DNA of 64,000 nucleotides, taken from contig OY771506.1 in the NCBI GenBank assembly GCA_963674705.1, positions 2,592,001 through 2,656,000 on the forward strand, written 5' to 3'. Shown piece after piece: positions 29,277-41,313 of this stretch; the stretch's first letter is position 1, and each line of letters starts with the position of its first letter. Under the pieces are notes generated by a model. That model was not told the origin of the DNA. It saw nothing but the letters and a program-made list of their open reading frames with translations, and ran no database searches. This stretch comes from Phycisphaeraceae bacterium. Its GTDB lineage: Bacteria; Planctomycetota; Phycisphaerae; Phycisphaerales; Phycisphaeraceae. Both the position numbers and the translations under genes were made by a program.

Positions 29277-30121
29277 CTTGGCCGGGTTTGCCCGGCATAT
29301 CTACATAGTTTCAGCTTAAAAACCCGGATCGGTTGCAGGCGCTGTACCCCCCGCGAGGGTGAATCAGACCTGAGACTTAGCACTCTTTGGCTTATGCCGA
29401 ATGTGTGGCGCTACGTTTGCGACGGATCGACTTGTTTAACTTGCTTGATCGTAGCAACGATCGGCCCATGATCCGTCTTGGGTGTTGGTGCTTATCTATC
29501 GATCTATCATGAAGCAGTGTCAATCGTGGCACATGCGGTGCATACGGATCGGCAGGGCAGTTGCTGGCAAGATGTGCCAGCAGCCAGGTGGTATGCCGCG
29601 ATTGTGATGGCTCCAGCCGGCATAGACCATCCACAATTTGCTCACTGAGTAAATCGGCCCCGACAACGGTCCCGCCCGCCAGCCTCTCAATCGATTCGCG
29701 GATCAGATGCTGAATCCGATCAAGACCACCCTCTGACCCCAGCACCAATGTGACTCGACGCTGCGGCCCGTCCGGCACTCCATCTGATCGTCCCGCGCGT
29801 ACGCTGTCTCTTTGAAAAGGTCGACACAACAGGACAAGTTGAATGGTCCGAGTCAGTGACTTCATAGTTTAAATAAGAGGACACCGGCCCGGCCCTGATC
29901 GAGTGCGGCCAAACGCCCGTGTCCATAGGGATAAGAATAAGGGTCCGATATTAACAGGATTCAAACAAAATCCAAGGGTTAAAATGGGCAAAATGGAAAA
30001 AAGAATAAAATTCTTATGACTTCTGGCAGGTTCGGGCCTGCGCGGGTGGGGCGGTGATTTCATACCCACGACAAATCGTTTACCCTCTTGGGATTAACAA
30101 TCACTTTGAGGGTGACACATC

Positions 30122-31663
30122 ATGTTCAAGCCTGCCTGCTTCGGCCTTCTGATCGCTTCTGCCTTGTCGATATTCGCAATGCCCGCTCAATCGCAGCCGG
30201 TCCAACGCCAGCAGCCGAACATCCTCTTCATCTTTACCGACGACCACGCCAACGCCGCGATCAGCGCCTATGGCTCAGCCGTCAACAAGACCCCCAACAT
30301 CGACCGCATCGCCAACGAAGGCGTACGCTTCGACAACTGCCTGGTCACAAACTCGATCTGCGGCCCGAGCAGGGCGGTTATCCTCACCGGCAAGTACAGC
30401 CACATCAACGGATTCTGCACCAACAGCGACACCTTCGACGGCAGCCAGCCCACCTTCATCAAGATGCTCCACGACGCCGGTTACTCCACCGCCATCGTTG
30501 GCAAGTGGCACCTCGTGTCCGAACCCACCGGCTTCGACTACTGGAACGTCCTGGTCGGCCAAGGCACCTACTACAACCCCCGTTTGATCGACAACGGAAA
30601 GGATGTCCAACTCACCGGCTACACCACCGACCTGCTTACCGACATCTCCATCGACTGGCTCGAACACAAACGCGATAAATCAAAGCCCTTCGTCCTGATG
30701 TATCAGCACAAAGCCCCGCACCGTGCATGGGAACCCGCCCCGAAGTACCTGCATATGTATGACGACGTCACGATCCCCGAACCTGCTACGCTCTTCGACG
30801 ATTATGAAGGCCGTGGCACACCCGCTCGCACGCAGGAAATGACCATCGCCCACCACATGAATTCCAACGACCTGAAACTCACCGACAGCCGAGCAGGCCT
30901 CAACGAAGATCAACTCGCCACTTGGAAAGCCGCGTACGATCCGAAAAACGAAGCCTTCCGCAACGCCAACCTGCAAGGCGAAGACCTGGTCCACTGGAAG
31001 TATCAACGCTACATGAAGGATTATCTCCGCTGCGTAGCTTCAGTGGATGAGAACATCGGCCGTATGCTCGATTACCTTGATGAAGCGGGCCTCGCTGACA
31101 ACACCATCGTCGTCTACTCCTCCGATCAGGGCTGGTATCTGGGCGAGCACGGCTGGTTCGATAAACGCTGGATGTACGAGCAATCCCTCAAGACCCCGTT
31201 CCTCGTCCGCTGGCCCGGCGTCACCAAGCCCGGCACGATCAACAAGGATATTGTCTCCAACCTCGACTTCGCCGAGACATTCCTCGACGCCGCCGGCGTT
31301 CCGATCCCCGATGACATGCAGGGCCGAAGCCTCGTCCCCGTCCTCGAAGGCAACACCCCCGACGACTGGCGCGACAGCTTCTACTACCACTACTACGAAT
31401 ACCCCGGCTGGCACATGGTCCAACGGCACTACGGCGTCCGCACCGAACGCTACAAGCTGATCCACTTCTACCAGATCGACGAATGGGAAATGTACGATCT
31501 GCAAAAAGACCCCGACGAGATGCACAGCGTCTACGACGACCCCGCTTATGCAGACGTTCAGGCCAAACTCAAGAAGGAACTCAAACGCCTGCGCAAACAA
31601 TACAAGGTGACCGAAGACACCATCGAACTCAAAGATAGAGATGTCTACCACCAGCACCAGTAA
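30122..31663 (+). CDS. Sulfatase (S1, Cys-type), secreted
   Basis: [17 protein letters not shown] (CxPxR), GKWH, HKAPH and SDQG..GEHG motifs plus a signal peptide. Confidence 0.96.
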   Translation: MFKPACFGLLIASALSIFAMPAQSQPVQRQQPNILFIFTDDHANAAISAYGSAVNKTPNIDRIANEGVRFDNCLVTNSICGPSRAVILTGKYSHINGFCTNSDTFDGSQPTFIKMLHDAGYSTAIVGKWHLVSEPTGFDYWNVLVGQGTYYNPRLIDNGKDVQLTGYTTDLLTDISIDWLEHKRDKSKPFVLMYQHKAPHRAWEPAPKYLHMYDDVTIPEPATLFDDYEGRGTPARTQEMTIAHHMNSNDLKLTDSRAGLNEDQLATWKAAYDPKNEAFRNANLQGEDLVHWKYQRYMKDYLRCVASVDENIGRMLDYLDEAGLADNTIVVYSSDQGWYLGEHGWFDKRWMYEQSLKTPFLVRWPGVTKPGTINKDIVSNLDFAETFLDAAGVPIPDDMQGRSLVPVLEGNTPDDWRDSFYYHYYEYPGWHMVQRHYGVRTERYKLIHFYQIDEWEMYDLQKDPDEMHSVYDDPAYADVQAKLKKELKRLRKQYKVTEDTIELKDRDVYHQHQ

Positions 31664-32089
31664 ATTCTCGGACTGACGCAAATTCAGCAGGTGATCTGAT
31701 ACACAAATATCCCGTCATATCCTGCGCTATCCGTGTGTACTGTTCGTGAATACCGATCAAACCAATCGTTACGGCTGTAACGATTCTCCGATCCCCTCCC
31801 ACCCCAATTCGCGGCGAACCTATCCCCCGGATTGGCCCCAACCCCTGTTGTGTTGTTTGTTTAGGCAGGCCCACGAACGGGCCACCTTGATAACCAGACT
31901 CCACGCTAGGCGGGCACGGATCGGTCGGGACGGTCTCGATCCTTCACGTTGTCAGCCAACCTTTTTCCCCTCCTAGTCGGCGTTCCTCCAATCGCCGCCG
32001 CCCTGCATGTGCAACCGGGCGGCGGCGGAACGCTGCTGCGCCCACTTACGCTCAACCCCACAACTCCCTCTCAACACACCAACTCCCCA

Positions 32090-32236
32090 CGAAGCCCACG
32101 TTCGCCGAACGTGGGCCGGTTGTTTTTAGTGATAAAGCAGAAAACGCAGAAAAGCAGAAAATAAAATCCCCAATCCCCAACCCCCCAAAATCCACCCGGA
32201 CCTTCGCTTCGCTCAGAACCGGCGTTGGGGGGGCAA
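32090..32236. repeat. Composite repeat cassette, copy 2, left part (interrupted by IS3)
   Basis: Same palindrome, CAGAAAACGCAGAAAAGCAGAAAATAAAAT, only about 2 CCCCAAT units, and CCGGACCTTCGCTTCGCTCAG as in copy 1. Confidence 0.9.
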
Positions 32237-33506
32237 AGAGCTGGTCCCCAAATCTTGGACAGCCGGTTAAAGTGGGCTGGTCTGCAGATTTGAAAGGACT
32301 TACTTGATGAGCAAGCGACGACGATTTACGGCTGAATTCAAGGCGAAGGTGGCGCTGGAGGCGCTGCGTGGCGAGTTGACGGTGGCGGAGATCGCCAAGA
32401 AGTACGACGTGCATCCGAACATGATCGGCGGGTGGAAGAAGCTGCTGGCACAGGAGGCGGCCCAGCTTTTTGCCCGTGGCGGCGGCAAGGACCCGCAGGC
32501 ATCCGACGAGCAGATCAAAGAGCTGCACGCGAAGATCGGCGAGCTGACCATCGAGAAGGACTTTTTAAAAAAAGGGTTGGGGCTTTGAGCCACGGCCGCC
32601 GCTGCGACATGGTCGAACCCAAGCACCCCGAGCTGAGCATCGTGCGTCAGTGTGGGCTGGTGTCGATCAGCCGATCGTCGTTTTACTTTTCAGGCAAAGG
32701 CGAGAGCCCGTTGAACCTGAAGCTGATGCGTCTGATCGACCGACAGTTCCTGTGCACGCCGTTCTACGGCAGCCGGCAGATGATGCGTTGGTTGCGTCGG
32801 CTTGGCTACAACGTCGGCCGCAAGCGTGTGCGTCGATTGATGCGCCAGATGGGTTTGACGCCGATCTACCAGGCCCCGAAGACCAGCGTCAAATGCCTTG
32901 AAAACAAGGTGTATCCGTACCTGCTGCGGAATCTGAAGATTGATCAGCCGGGTCATGTGTGGTGCGCCGACATCACATACATCCCGATGCGACGCGGCTT
33001 TTTGTACCTCGTTGCGGTCATGGACTGGCACAGCAGGAAGGTGCTGGCCTGGCGATTGAGCAACACGATGGAAGCGTCATTCTGCGTCGAGGCGTTGGAA
33101 GAAGCGCTGAGCAAGCACGGCCCGCCGCAGATCATCAACACCGATCAGGGCAGCCAGTTCACCGGCCTGGAATGGACCGAAACAGTGAAGAGCGCGGGCG
33201 CGAAGGTATCGATGGACGGCAAAGGCCGATGGATGGACAACGTGTTCATCGAACGTCTGTGGCGGAGCCTGAAGTACGAATGCGTGTACCTGCACGCGTG
33301 GGACAGAGGCAGCGAAGCTCGCGCCGGGATCAATGAATGGCTGCGGTTCTACAACACCGAGCGTCCGCACTCGACACTCGCTGGACGGACGCCGGACGAA
33401 GCGTATGATGGAAAACCTATAACCGGACCGCCGCTGGCCGCGGCATAAACCCGTTGGCCCACCTTATTCAGGCCAACCGGCTGTCCAAGATTTGGGGACC
33501 AGCTCT
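32237..33506 (+). mobile_element. IS3-family insertion sequence, 1270 bp
   Basis: Perfect 32-bp terminal inverted repeats AGAGCTGGTCCCCAAATCTTGGACAGCCGGTT, CAA duplicated on both sides, orfA/orfB organisation. Confidence 0.95.
32307..33448 (+). CDS. IS3 transposase OrfAB (-1 programmed frameshift)
   Basis: OrfA HTH (RRRFTAEFKAKV, 32307-32588). A7G slippery site at 32567-32574. OrfB in the -1 frame with WCADITY, NTDQGSQF and IERLW DDE motifs. Confidence 0.93.
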
Positions 33507-33660
33507 CAAAGCCATTAGCCTTTAGCAATTAGCCATTAGCAATACAATTCCTACACCCTACACCCTACACCCTACACCCTACACCCTACACCCTACACCC
33601 TACACCCTACACCCCACACCCCACACCCCTCGCAAGCCTCACTTCTCAAGCCTCGAGCCT
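33507..33660. repeat. Composite repeat cassette, copy 2, right part
   Basis: TTAGCCA-like heptamers, (CCTACAC)x9 at 33550-33612 plus 2 degenerate units, CAAGCCT-like units. Confidence 0.88.
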
Positions 33661-33707
33661 TTTCCCTATACTGCTTTTCTCAGCCATCCACTTTGGAGTC
33701 CCACACC

Positions 33708-34232
33708 ATGCGCGCCTCGCTCGTCCTCACCATCCTCGGCCCGGACCGCACCGGACTCGTCGGAGCTATCGCCGACACCGTCGCTCAACACGACGCCAAC
33801 TGGCTCGAATCCAGCATGGCAAGATTGGCCGGCAAGTTCGCCGGCGTTCTTCGCGTCGATGCGCCGATCGAAAACATCCAGCCTCTCACCGATGCGCTCA
33901 ATAAACTCCGCGCTCAAGGCCTCACCGTCGTCGTCGAATCAACCGACGATCAAACCGCCGACGCCGAAGCACGCGTACTCAACCTCCACCTCATCGGCCA
34001 CGACCGCCCGGGCATCGTCCGCGATATCTCCCGTGCACTCGTCCAGCGCGGCGTCAACGTCATCGACTTCCACACCGAAGTCATCAGCGCTCCCATGACA
34101 GGCGAACCGCTTTTCCAGGCCGACGCCATCCTCCACGCCAACCCCGACACACCCCTCGACGACCTGCGCGACTCCCTCGACCGCATCGCCAACGAACTCG
34201 ACCTCGACCTGCACCTCGAAGAAGCCGACTGA
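33708..34232 (+). CDS. Double ACT-domain protein, GcvR-like
   Basis: G.DRTGLV...NW.ES.MA.LAG.F and GHDRPGIV ACT motifs. Confidence 0.9.
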   Translation: MRASLVLTILGPDRTGLVGAIADTVAQHDANWLESSMARLAGKFAGVLRVDAPIENIQPLTDALNKLRAQGLTVVVESTDDQTADAEARVLNLHLIGHDRPGIVRDISRALVQRGVNVIDFHTEVISAPMTGEPLFQADAILHANPDTPLDDLRDSLDRIANELDLDLHLEEAD

Positions 34233-34524
34233 TTGAAGTTCCACAACACAACACACAACAAAGTCCACCCACATCCCCGTGGACTTTTTTCATGCGCACA
34301 ACCTCCACAACTCACCACCCCCGAAGCCCACGTTCGCCGAACGTGGGCCTTCCCCTGCAACAACCACACAATCCACCTTCCCGATGCGCACAACCTCGTC
34401 CACATCCCCATCAATAGAACCTATTCACCAACCACCACAACACCCCCCCCCAAAAAAAAAACACCACGCAAAATCCCACCAACACCCTTGTTCAACCAAA
34501 GCTGTTGTCTGTACCCTACACCTC

Positions 34525-35004
34525 ATGCCCTGTTATCTCTTCACCTTCCACGCATACCTGTCGTGGCTCCCTGATCGTAAACAAGGCTACGTCCAGCGCC
34601 ACAAAGGCATCCTCCCACCCGATCCCGGCAAGGCCGATCAATATCGGCGCAACGCCAAAGACAGCCCCGTCTGCTTCAATGCAACCATTCAACGCATCAT
34701 ACTCGCCGAAACGCATCGCTCCGTCGAACGCAGCCGCTTCCGTCTCCACGCCATCGCCCTCGATCCTTCCCACGCCCACATCCTCATCAGTTGGAACGAC
34801 ACCCGGCCAGTCAAATCGGTCCGATCAAACCTGAAGTCTTCTTTGTCACGCAGATTGAATAAAGACCTGGGTAAACGCCAATGGTTCGTCGCCAACGCAA
34901 GCCAGAAACGCATCAAAGACCAGACACACTTCGACCACCTGGTCCACACCTACCTGCCCGATCATCGAGGCCTGTTCTGGTCTGAAGGCAAACAAAAGTC
35001 TTGA
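34525..35004 (+). CDS. Short HUH tyrosine transposase, RAYT/IS200-like (paralogue of 15538-16020)
   Basis: MPCYLFTFHAYLSWLPDRK.GY, HAH, SLSRRLN and TYLPDHRG shared with the first copy. Confidence 0.8.
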   Translation: MPCYLFTFHAYLSWLPDRKQGYVQRHKGILPPDPGKADQYRRNAKDSPVCFNATIQRIILAETHRSVERSRFRLHAIALDPSHAHILISWNDTRPVKSVRSNLKSSLSRRLNKDLGKRQWFVANASQKRIKDQTHFDHLVHTYLPDHRGLFWSEGKQKS

Positions 35005-35015
35005 CGACACAAAAA

Positions 35016-35342
35016 CCGTCGCGTGTGACGCGACGGCTATTTAAATATTGCATATTCACTTCACCCGCAATTAGACTTCACCCCCTGCAAGTTCTTCCAT
35101 TCACCCCCCGCATCACCCCTTAGACCGTTTTCAAACCAGGTGTAGCGTTCCATGAACCGTGTATCATCCCCTTGCTATGACAAGCACTGCTATTGATCCT
35201 TTGCATAAACAAGTACCATCATCCACGCGCCCAATGAATCCCCGGACGTGGATCCCCGCGTGCGCGGGGATGACATCAAACAGGGCGGTCAAACGATACA
35301 GTTGGATTGAAAACGCTATAGCCGCCGCGTCACACGCGGCGG
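35016..35342. repeat. Inverted pair of REP-like palindromes (family B) enclosing another palindrome
   Basis: CCGTCGCGTGTGACGCGACGGCTAT (35016-35040) and ATAGCCGCCGCGTCACACGCGGCGG (35318-35342), with GGATCCCCGCGTGCGCGGGGATGAC at 35250-35274 inside. Confidence 0.8.
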
Positions 35343-35459
35343 ACATGTCATACGCGACGGACTCCCCCAACTTCCCCGAACCCAACCCCACCCCAATCTC
35401 CACTTCCCCAACTCACCCGCGAGCCGCGACGTGCCGTCGCGGTCTTTATCTGCGATACA

Positions 35460-36119
35460 TCACAACACTCGTCGCCGCAGCAGGGCTGGGACAACAAACG
35501 TTAATAGCGAAAATGACGTAGGTTCGGGGATGGTGAACTTGGCTAGGAAGGCATCGTGGCCTCCCGCGTTGGTCCCGCCGAGGTTGCCGTAGGTTTGCCC
35601 ACTGATGTAGACGTTACCTAATGTGTCCACATCCACAGAAAAGCTGTTATCGAAACTCGCCGAACCGATCTGCGTGGACCACAGCTCAGTTCCCGACGGA
35701 TCATATTTGACCAGGAAGGCGTCACTGCCCGACGAGCCGGAGCCGCCAAGGATGCCGGCGGTCCACCCGCTGATGTACGCGTTACCTGTTGGGTCTACGG
35801 CCACGGCATAGCTGCCATCAGGTTGTGTCGAGCCGATCTGAGCAGACCACAACTCCGTCCCTGATGGGTCGAACTTGGTCAGGAAAGCGTCCACGTCTCC
35901 CGTGTTAGTCCCGCCCAGACTCCCTTCGGTGTACCCGGTGATAAAAGCGTTGCCTGCCGAGTCCACGGATACAGAATAGCAGTTGTCATAACTTGGCGTG
36001 CCGACCTGCGCAGTCCACTCGACTTGATACGGCTGTTCTGTGGCATTGGCGTGCGACATCGTACCCAACCACAGGACCAGGCAGGTGCCGACGATTAACA
36101 AGCCCCGTGTCATATTCAT
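35460..36119 (-). CDS. PEP-CTERM protein with SBBP-like beta-propeller repeats
   Basis: Signal peptide, three VD..GN.YI.G.T.G.LGG...G..DAFL.K repeats, IPEP-TM-RRR tail. Confidence 0.88.
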   Translation of the reverse strand: MNMTRGLLIVGTCLVLWLGTMSHANATEQPYQVEWTAQVGTPSYDNCYSVSVDSAGNAFITGYTEGSLGGTNTGDVDAFLTKFDPSGTELWSAQIGSTQPDGSYAVAVDPTGNAYISGWTAGILGGSGSSGSDAFLVKYDPSGTELWSTQIGSASFDNSFSVDVDTLGNVYISGQTYGNLGGTNAGGHDAFLAKFTIPEPTSFSLLTFVVPALLRRRVL

Positions 36120-36343
36120 CCTGTTTTCCCCGCATCAATAAGTAGATGTACTTCCGTCAAGTGGATTCACTTAATCCTTAGATTAGAACATGTTAGGCCG
36201 AAATACTATGGTTTATTGTTGCTCGTGTTATTCTGATTGAGTGAAACTGGGTAAACCACTGCACCACGTGATGAGTTTATATCCCTGATACCTCACTCTG
36301 ACAGCCCTCGAAGCCCACTTTCATCGAAGGTTGGCCTCAAAAA

Positions 36344-36422
36344 ACCGCGGCGACACGCCGCGTCTCGCAGGTGAGTATGTTTGCGTGTGTATGCAATGCG
36401 AGCCGCGACGTGTCGTCGCGGT
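36344..36422. repeat. REPIN-like unit C1
   Basis: ACCGCGGCGACACGCCGCGTCTCGC ... GCGAGCCGCGACGTGTCGTCGCGGT inverted arms. Confidence 0.88.
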
Positions 36423-36467
36423 GTGATCATTTACACCCCTCACGTCAATGAATAAAATGTCCCCATC

Positions 36468-36983
36468 ATGAAACAGCACCTCGATCCGGCGAGGACCACC
36501 TGGCACATCACCTTTGGTACTTACGGCACACGTCTACATGGCGATATCCGCCCAACCGTCGACCGCAACCACAACAAGCCCGGCCAACCCTTCATCCATC
36601 ACGACCCCGGCCGCGCCAAAGACGAACGTGACAAAATGAGCGGCGATCCGATCCACCTCACTGCACCCCAGCGTGCCGTCATCGAAACCATCATCCCCGA
36701 AATCTGTAAACGCGGTGGCTGGACCTACCGCATCTGCGCTGCACCCAACGAGGCCGATCACGTTCATGTTTTGCTTGATGCCGAGCGTTCAATAGACCCG
36801 GATCGAATCATGATGTGGCTTAAACGCTGGCTCGGTGAAGCACTCACCAACCGCTGGTCCAAACCCCTCAGCGGCACCTGGTGGGCCAAAGGCGGATCAA
36901 CACCGCCGGTTAAAGACCAACAATATCTCAACAACGCCTACCACTACATCCGCCGCCAACGCACCCTCCCGCAATCCGAATAA
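36468..36983 (+). CDS. Short HUH tyrosine transposase, RAYT/IS200-like (third, distinct subtype)
   Basis: WHITFGTYGTRLHGD, HVH, WW..G and C-terminal YIRRQ. Confidence 0.82.
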   Translation: MKQHLDPARTTWHITFGTYGTRLHGDIRPTVDRNHNKPGQPFIHHDPGRAKDERDKMSGDPIHLTAPQRAVIETIIPEICKRGGWTYRICAAPNEADHVHVLLDAERSIDPDRIMMWLKRWLGEALTNRWSKPLSGTWWAKGGSTPPVKDQQYLNNAYHYIRRQRTLPQSE

Positions 36984-37007
36984 ATCGCCTCAACGCATCA
37001 CCACAAC

Positions 37008-37082
37008 ACCGCGGCGACACGCCGCGTCTCGCGGGAAAACATATGTCTGCACGTAATGCGAGCCGCGACGTGTCGTCGCGGT
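37008..37082. repeat. REPIN-like unit C2
   Basis: Both arms identical to C1, spacer diverged. Single arms also at 35419-35443 and 37194-37218. Confidence 0.88.
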
Positions 37083-37160
37083 CTTCTGCCTTCAATCGGC
37101 TTGTGATTTTCAAATGAAAATGCCCGAACTGAGGAAGTGGGGCGGCAATACCATTTTTTA

Positions 37161-37194
37161 CACCCGACACCCGACACCCGACACCCGACACCCG
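37161..37194. repeat. Heptamer tandem (CACCCGA)x~5
   Basis: Read directly from the sequence. Confidence 0.85.
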
Positions 37195-37389
37195 CGAGCC
37201 GCGGCGTGCCGCCGCGGTCTTTGCCCTCACCACACTCTCCCCCTCACCGCGTCCCCCGCCTCCCACGCTTCTTACCCACCCCCAGCGGCGCCACCAGCTT
37301 TTCATACAACCCAAACAAATACTCAAACCGTCTCCGCTCATCCGGAAAATCTAATATCGCATGTGAATTTATCAGGTTATACTCAAGCT

Positions 37390-38721
37390 ATGATCAACAA
37401 GCCGCCTCACTTCATCGTTGATGAAAACGATCCGTTCGACGGAGACCCGCTTGATCGGAAGTTATGTGCAGAAAACCTGACGCGATTGATCGCTGGTAGC
37501 GAGACACCTTTGGTGATGTCTGTCAGCGCACCCTGGGGACAAGGCAAGACCACTTTCATCAAGATGTGGCAAGCACACCTAAAACTCCAGGGATATACAA
37601 CGATCTATTTTGACGCGTGGGAAAATGATTTTGCCGATGACCCGCTGATCTCATTCATAGGCGCGTTGGATGATTTGGTTGAACAGGCAGGCGATGGGCC
37701 AACGGTCATTAAAGCGGCGTATGACAAGGTCAAAAAGGGGATCGTTAAAGTTGTCAAAGCCTCTCCAAAAGTTGCTTTAAATTGGGCACTCAAAGGAGGG
37801 ATGCATTACATCACGGACGACGATCCTAACGCGGCCGATGAGATTGAGGCGGTATCAAGTCTGGCCGCCAATATGATGGTGGCAGAGTTAAATAAGCAGA
37901 AGTCTGTTCGCAAGCAAATAGACGACTTCAAAAAAAGCCTCGCCGAGTTTGCTGCGGTCGCATCATCCAATGGCAAGCCACTCGTTGTATTCATTGACGA
38001 ATTGGACCGCTGCCGGCCGGATTACACAATCGAACTACTCGAGCGAATCAAGCACCTGTTTTCAGTCGAAGGCGTCATCTTCATTCTTTCGGTTGACCGT
38101 GACCGCCTCGGTTGCGCTGCAGCGAGCCAGATCGGATTCAGTAACGCTGACGGTGGGGCGGATGCTGACGGGTATCTCAGGCGATTTATAGATTTGGATT
38201 ACTATTTACCTGAACCTAGAAGCGCACAGTATTTCAGCTACTGTGGTGACAATATTGCACTTAGTGATTGTTACAAGGGCTATTTTTTAGAGGACTGGAA
38301 ATTCTATGGCTTGTTTGCAAATTATCTTGGCTTGAGTCTTCGTGTTCAGCAACAAATCGTTGGGCAACTGAAGGTTGTTTCAGATGCCTATCCTGATATA
38401 GGTGAGTTGTATGCTAAGACGGTACTATTATATTTGCTCATTTCTACGCAAAATCGGGGGCTTGCCTACGATGCTTTGCATGATCGAAATAACGGTTTAT
38501 CAAGAGTCGATGATATGTTGAACAAGTTCATTAAATCATTTGCCGAGGACACGCGAGATAGGGCGGGCGCTGAGTGGATAAAGTACACGAATGATCGAGT
38601 GATTAAAGGCGAGGCCGGGGATAAGGAGGTTGTTCTGATGCCAATACGTCCACAAAAACTCGCCAATACACGAGAGATGCTATGGCGAATGATAGACTTC
38701 AGTGAGCAATTTCGATTGTAA
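37390..38721 (+). CDS. KAP-family P-loop NTPase
   Basis: D.L.R, APWGQGKT, FDAWEND, VFIDELDRC.P, ERIKHLF and YL.RFID motifs. The N-terminal extension in the ORF track is read-through of repeats. Confidence 0.92.
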   Translation: MINKPPHFIVDENDPFDGDPLDRKLCAENLTRLIAGSETPLVMSVSAPWGQGKTTFIKMWQAHLKLQGYTTIYFDAWENDFADDPLISFIGALDDLVEQAGDGPTVIKAAYDKVKKGIVKVVKASPKVALNWALKGGMHYITDDDPNAADEIEAVSSLAANMMVAELNKQKSVRKQIDDFKKSLAEFAAVASSNGKPLVVFIDELDRCRPDYTIELLERIKHLFSVEGVIFILSVDRDRLGCAAASQIGFSNADGGADADGYLRRFIDLDYYLPEPRSAQYFSYCGDNIALSDCYKGYFLEDWKFYGLFANYLGLSLRVQQQIVGQLKVVSDAYPDIGELYAKTVLLYLLISTQNRGLAYDALHDRNNGLSRVDDMLNKFIKSFAEDTRDRAGAEWIKYTNDRVIKGEAGDKEVVLMPIRPQKLANTREMLWRMIDFSEQFRL

Positions 38722-39053
38722 TTGTCTGTCTTTGTGGGTAAGGATTGCTTGGATCAAACCTAATCGCTTACATACACCCCGCACCCGCGCATAAAAAAAC
38801 GACAACCTCGCTGTGGGCGGCAAGGCTGCCGATAGGGGGAATGATTTGCCTGGAAGGGGGTTCCAAGCGGCCCGGAAGATTTTGGGGAGGGAGGGATTCG
38901 GTAGGGGGGGTATCCGGGGGGGATGGATCCCTGACAGGTGAACAGTTGGGTACTTTCGCATCATGTTGCCATGGTGCTATCCGGCGAGGCCGGTTAAGAA
39001 TGCGTTGACAGATTCGTGTCACAGATCGCTCTGTGAGCACGATCTAAGGTATC

Positions 39054-40569
<1,516 letters not shown>

Positions 40570-40925
40570 ATTATCGTTGACACCCGCTTACGCGGGGAGG
40601 TCTTCGAATAGAAGGTTTGGTCCGAAAATCCTGATAAATCAGGACCGGTCCAGACATACCTGGATAAACCAGGTACGCCGTCCATCGGCGGCAAACCGAT
40701 GGTTGTTCGTCCGATCCTCAATATGCTTTGCAGCATTCACAAGGGATCAGACATGCCTGCCGGGTGAAGACCGACAGACATTGGGGGTTTTAACCTCACG
40801 ACCTGGCATGTGAGCACCAGGCCCTAAGGCCACATTCTTACAGCATTCCCAACTGTTCACTTGTCAAAGATCGATCCGTCGTCGTTACGACGACTGGCCC
40901 TTGTCTTACGACTTGAGGGCCGCGT

Positions 40926-40953
40926 AGTTTAGACATCTTTTTCAAGCTGTCAA
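40926..40953 (-). promoter_or_regulatory. rRNA promoter P2 (sigma70-like)
   Basis: TTGACA-16 bp-TAAACT on the minus strand. Confidence 0.7.
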
Positions 40954-41039
40954 GGCCAGATCGTTGCCGGGCGGCAACTTTCGGCAGTGCCATCGGATAC
41001 GTGTCCTCCAAGCGGGGCACCGTCCAAGGCAGAAAGACT

Positions 41040-41068
41040 ATTAGAACACGGTTCAGATGACGTGTCAA
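41040..41068 (-). promoter_or_regulatory. rRNA promoter P1 (sigma70-like, extended -10)
   Basis: TTGACA-17 bp-TCTAAT preceded by TG, with an AT-rich tract upstream. Confidence 0.6.
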
Positions 41069-41313
41069 GTCGGTCAAGACGCCATAAACCCGCATGATTA
41101 AAGATGTGTATAAACCCGCCGCGTGGCATATAATTTATTATAAATTAAGTATTTAAATGCAATTAAGCGTGTGCTGAAATGCGCCGCCCTTAATCACGGA
41201 CAGATTATCGGCTTCACCCACGATTCGATTCCAGATAAATGCATGATTTGAAGCTGATTTTTTTTAAGGTCTTTGACTTCCGCATGACCATGCTTCGAAA
41301 ACAACATAAACAC

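Noticed and set aside
29377..29403. CIRCE element (TTAGCACTC)
   Set aside because: Only the left half is present. No GAGTGCTAA 9 bp downstream.
29392..29865. 157-aa minus-strand ORF
   Set aside because: No recognisable motif or convincing protein-like composition, so it was left uncalled.
29879..29925. Hammerhead-like core (CTGATCGAG...CAAAC) in a hairpin
   Set aside because: The core deviates from CUGAnGA/GAAA and no proper stem II or cleavage triplet could be placed.
37114..37389. N-terminal extension of the KAP ORF (also 34279-34524 for the second RAYT)
   Set aside because: Read-through of repeat-rich intergenic DNA. Family-like sequence begins at the downstream ATG.
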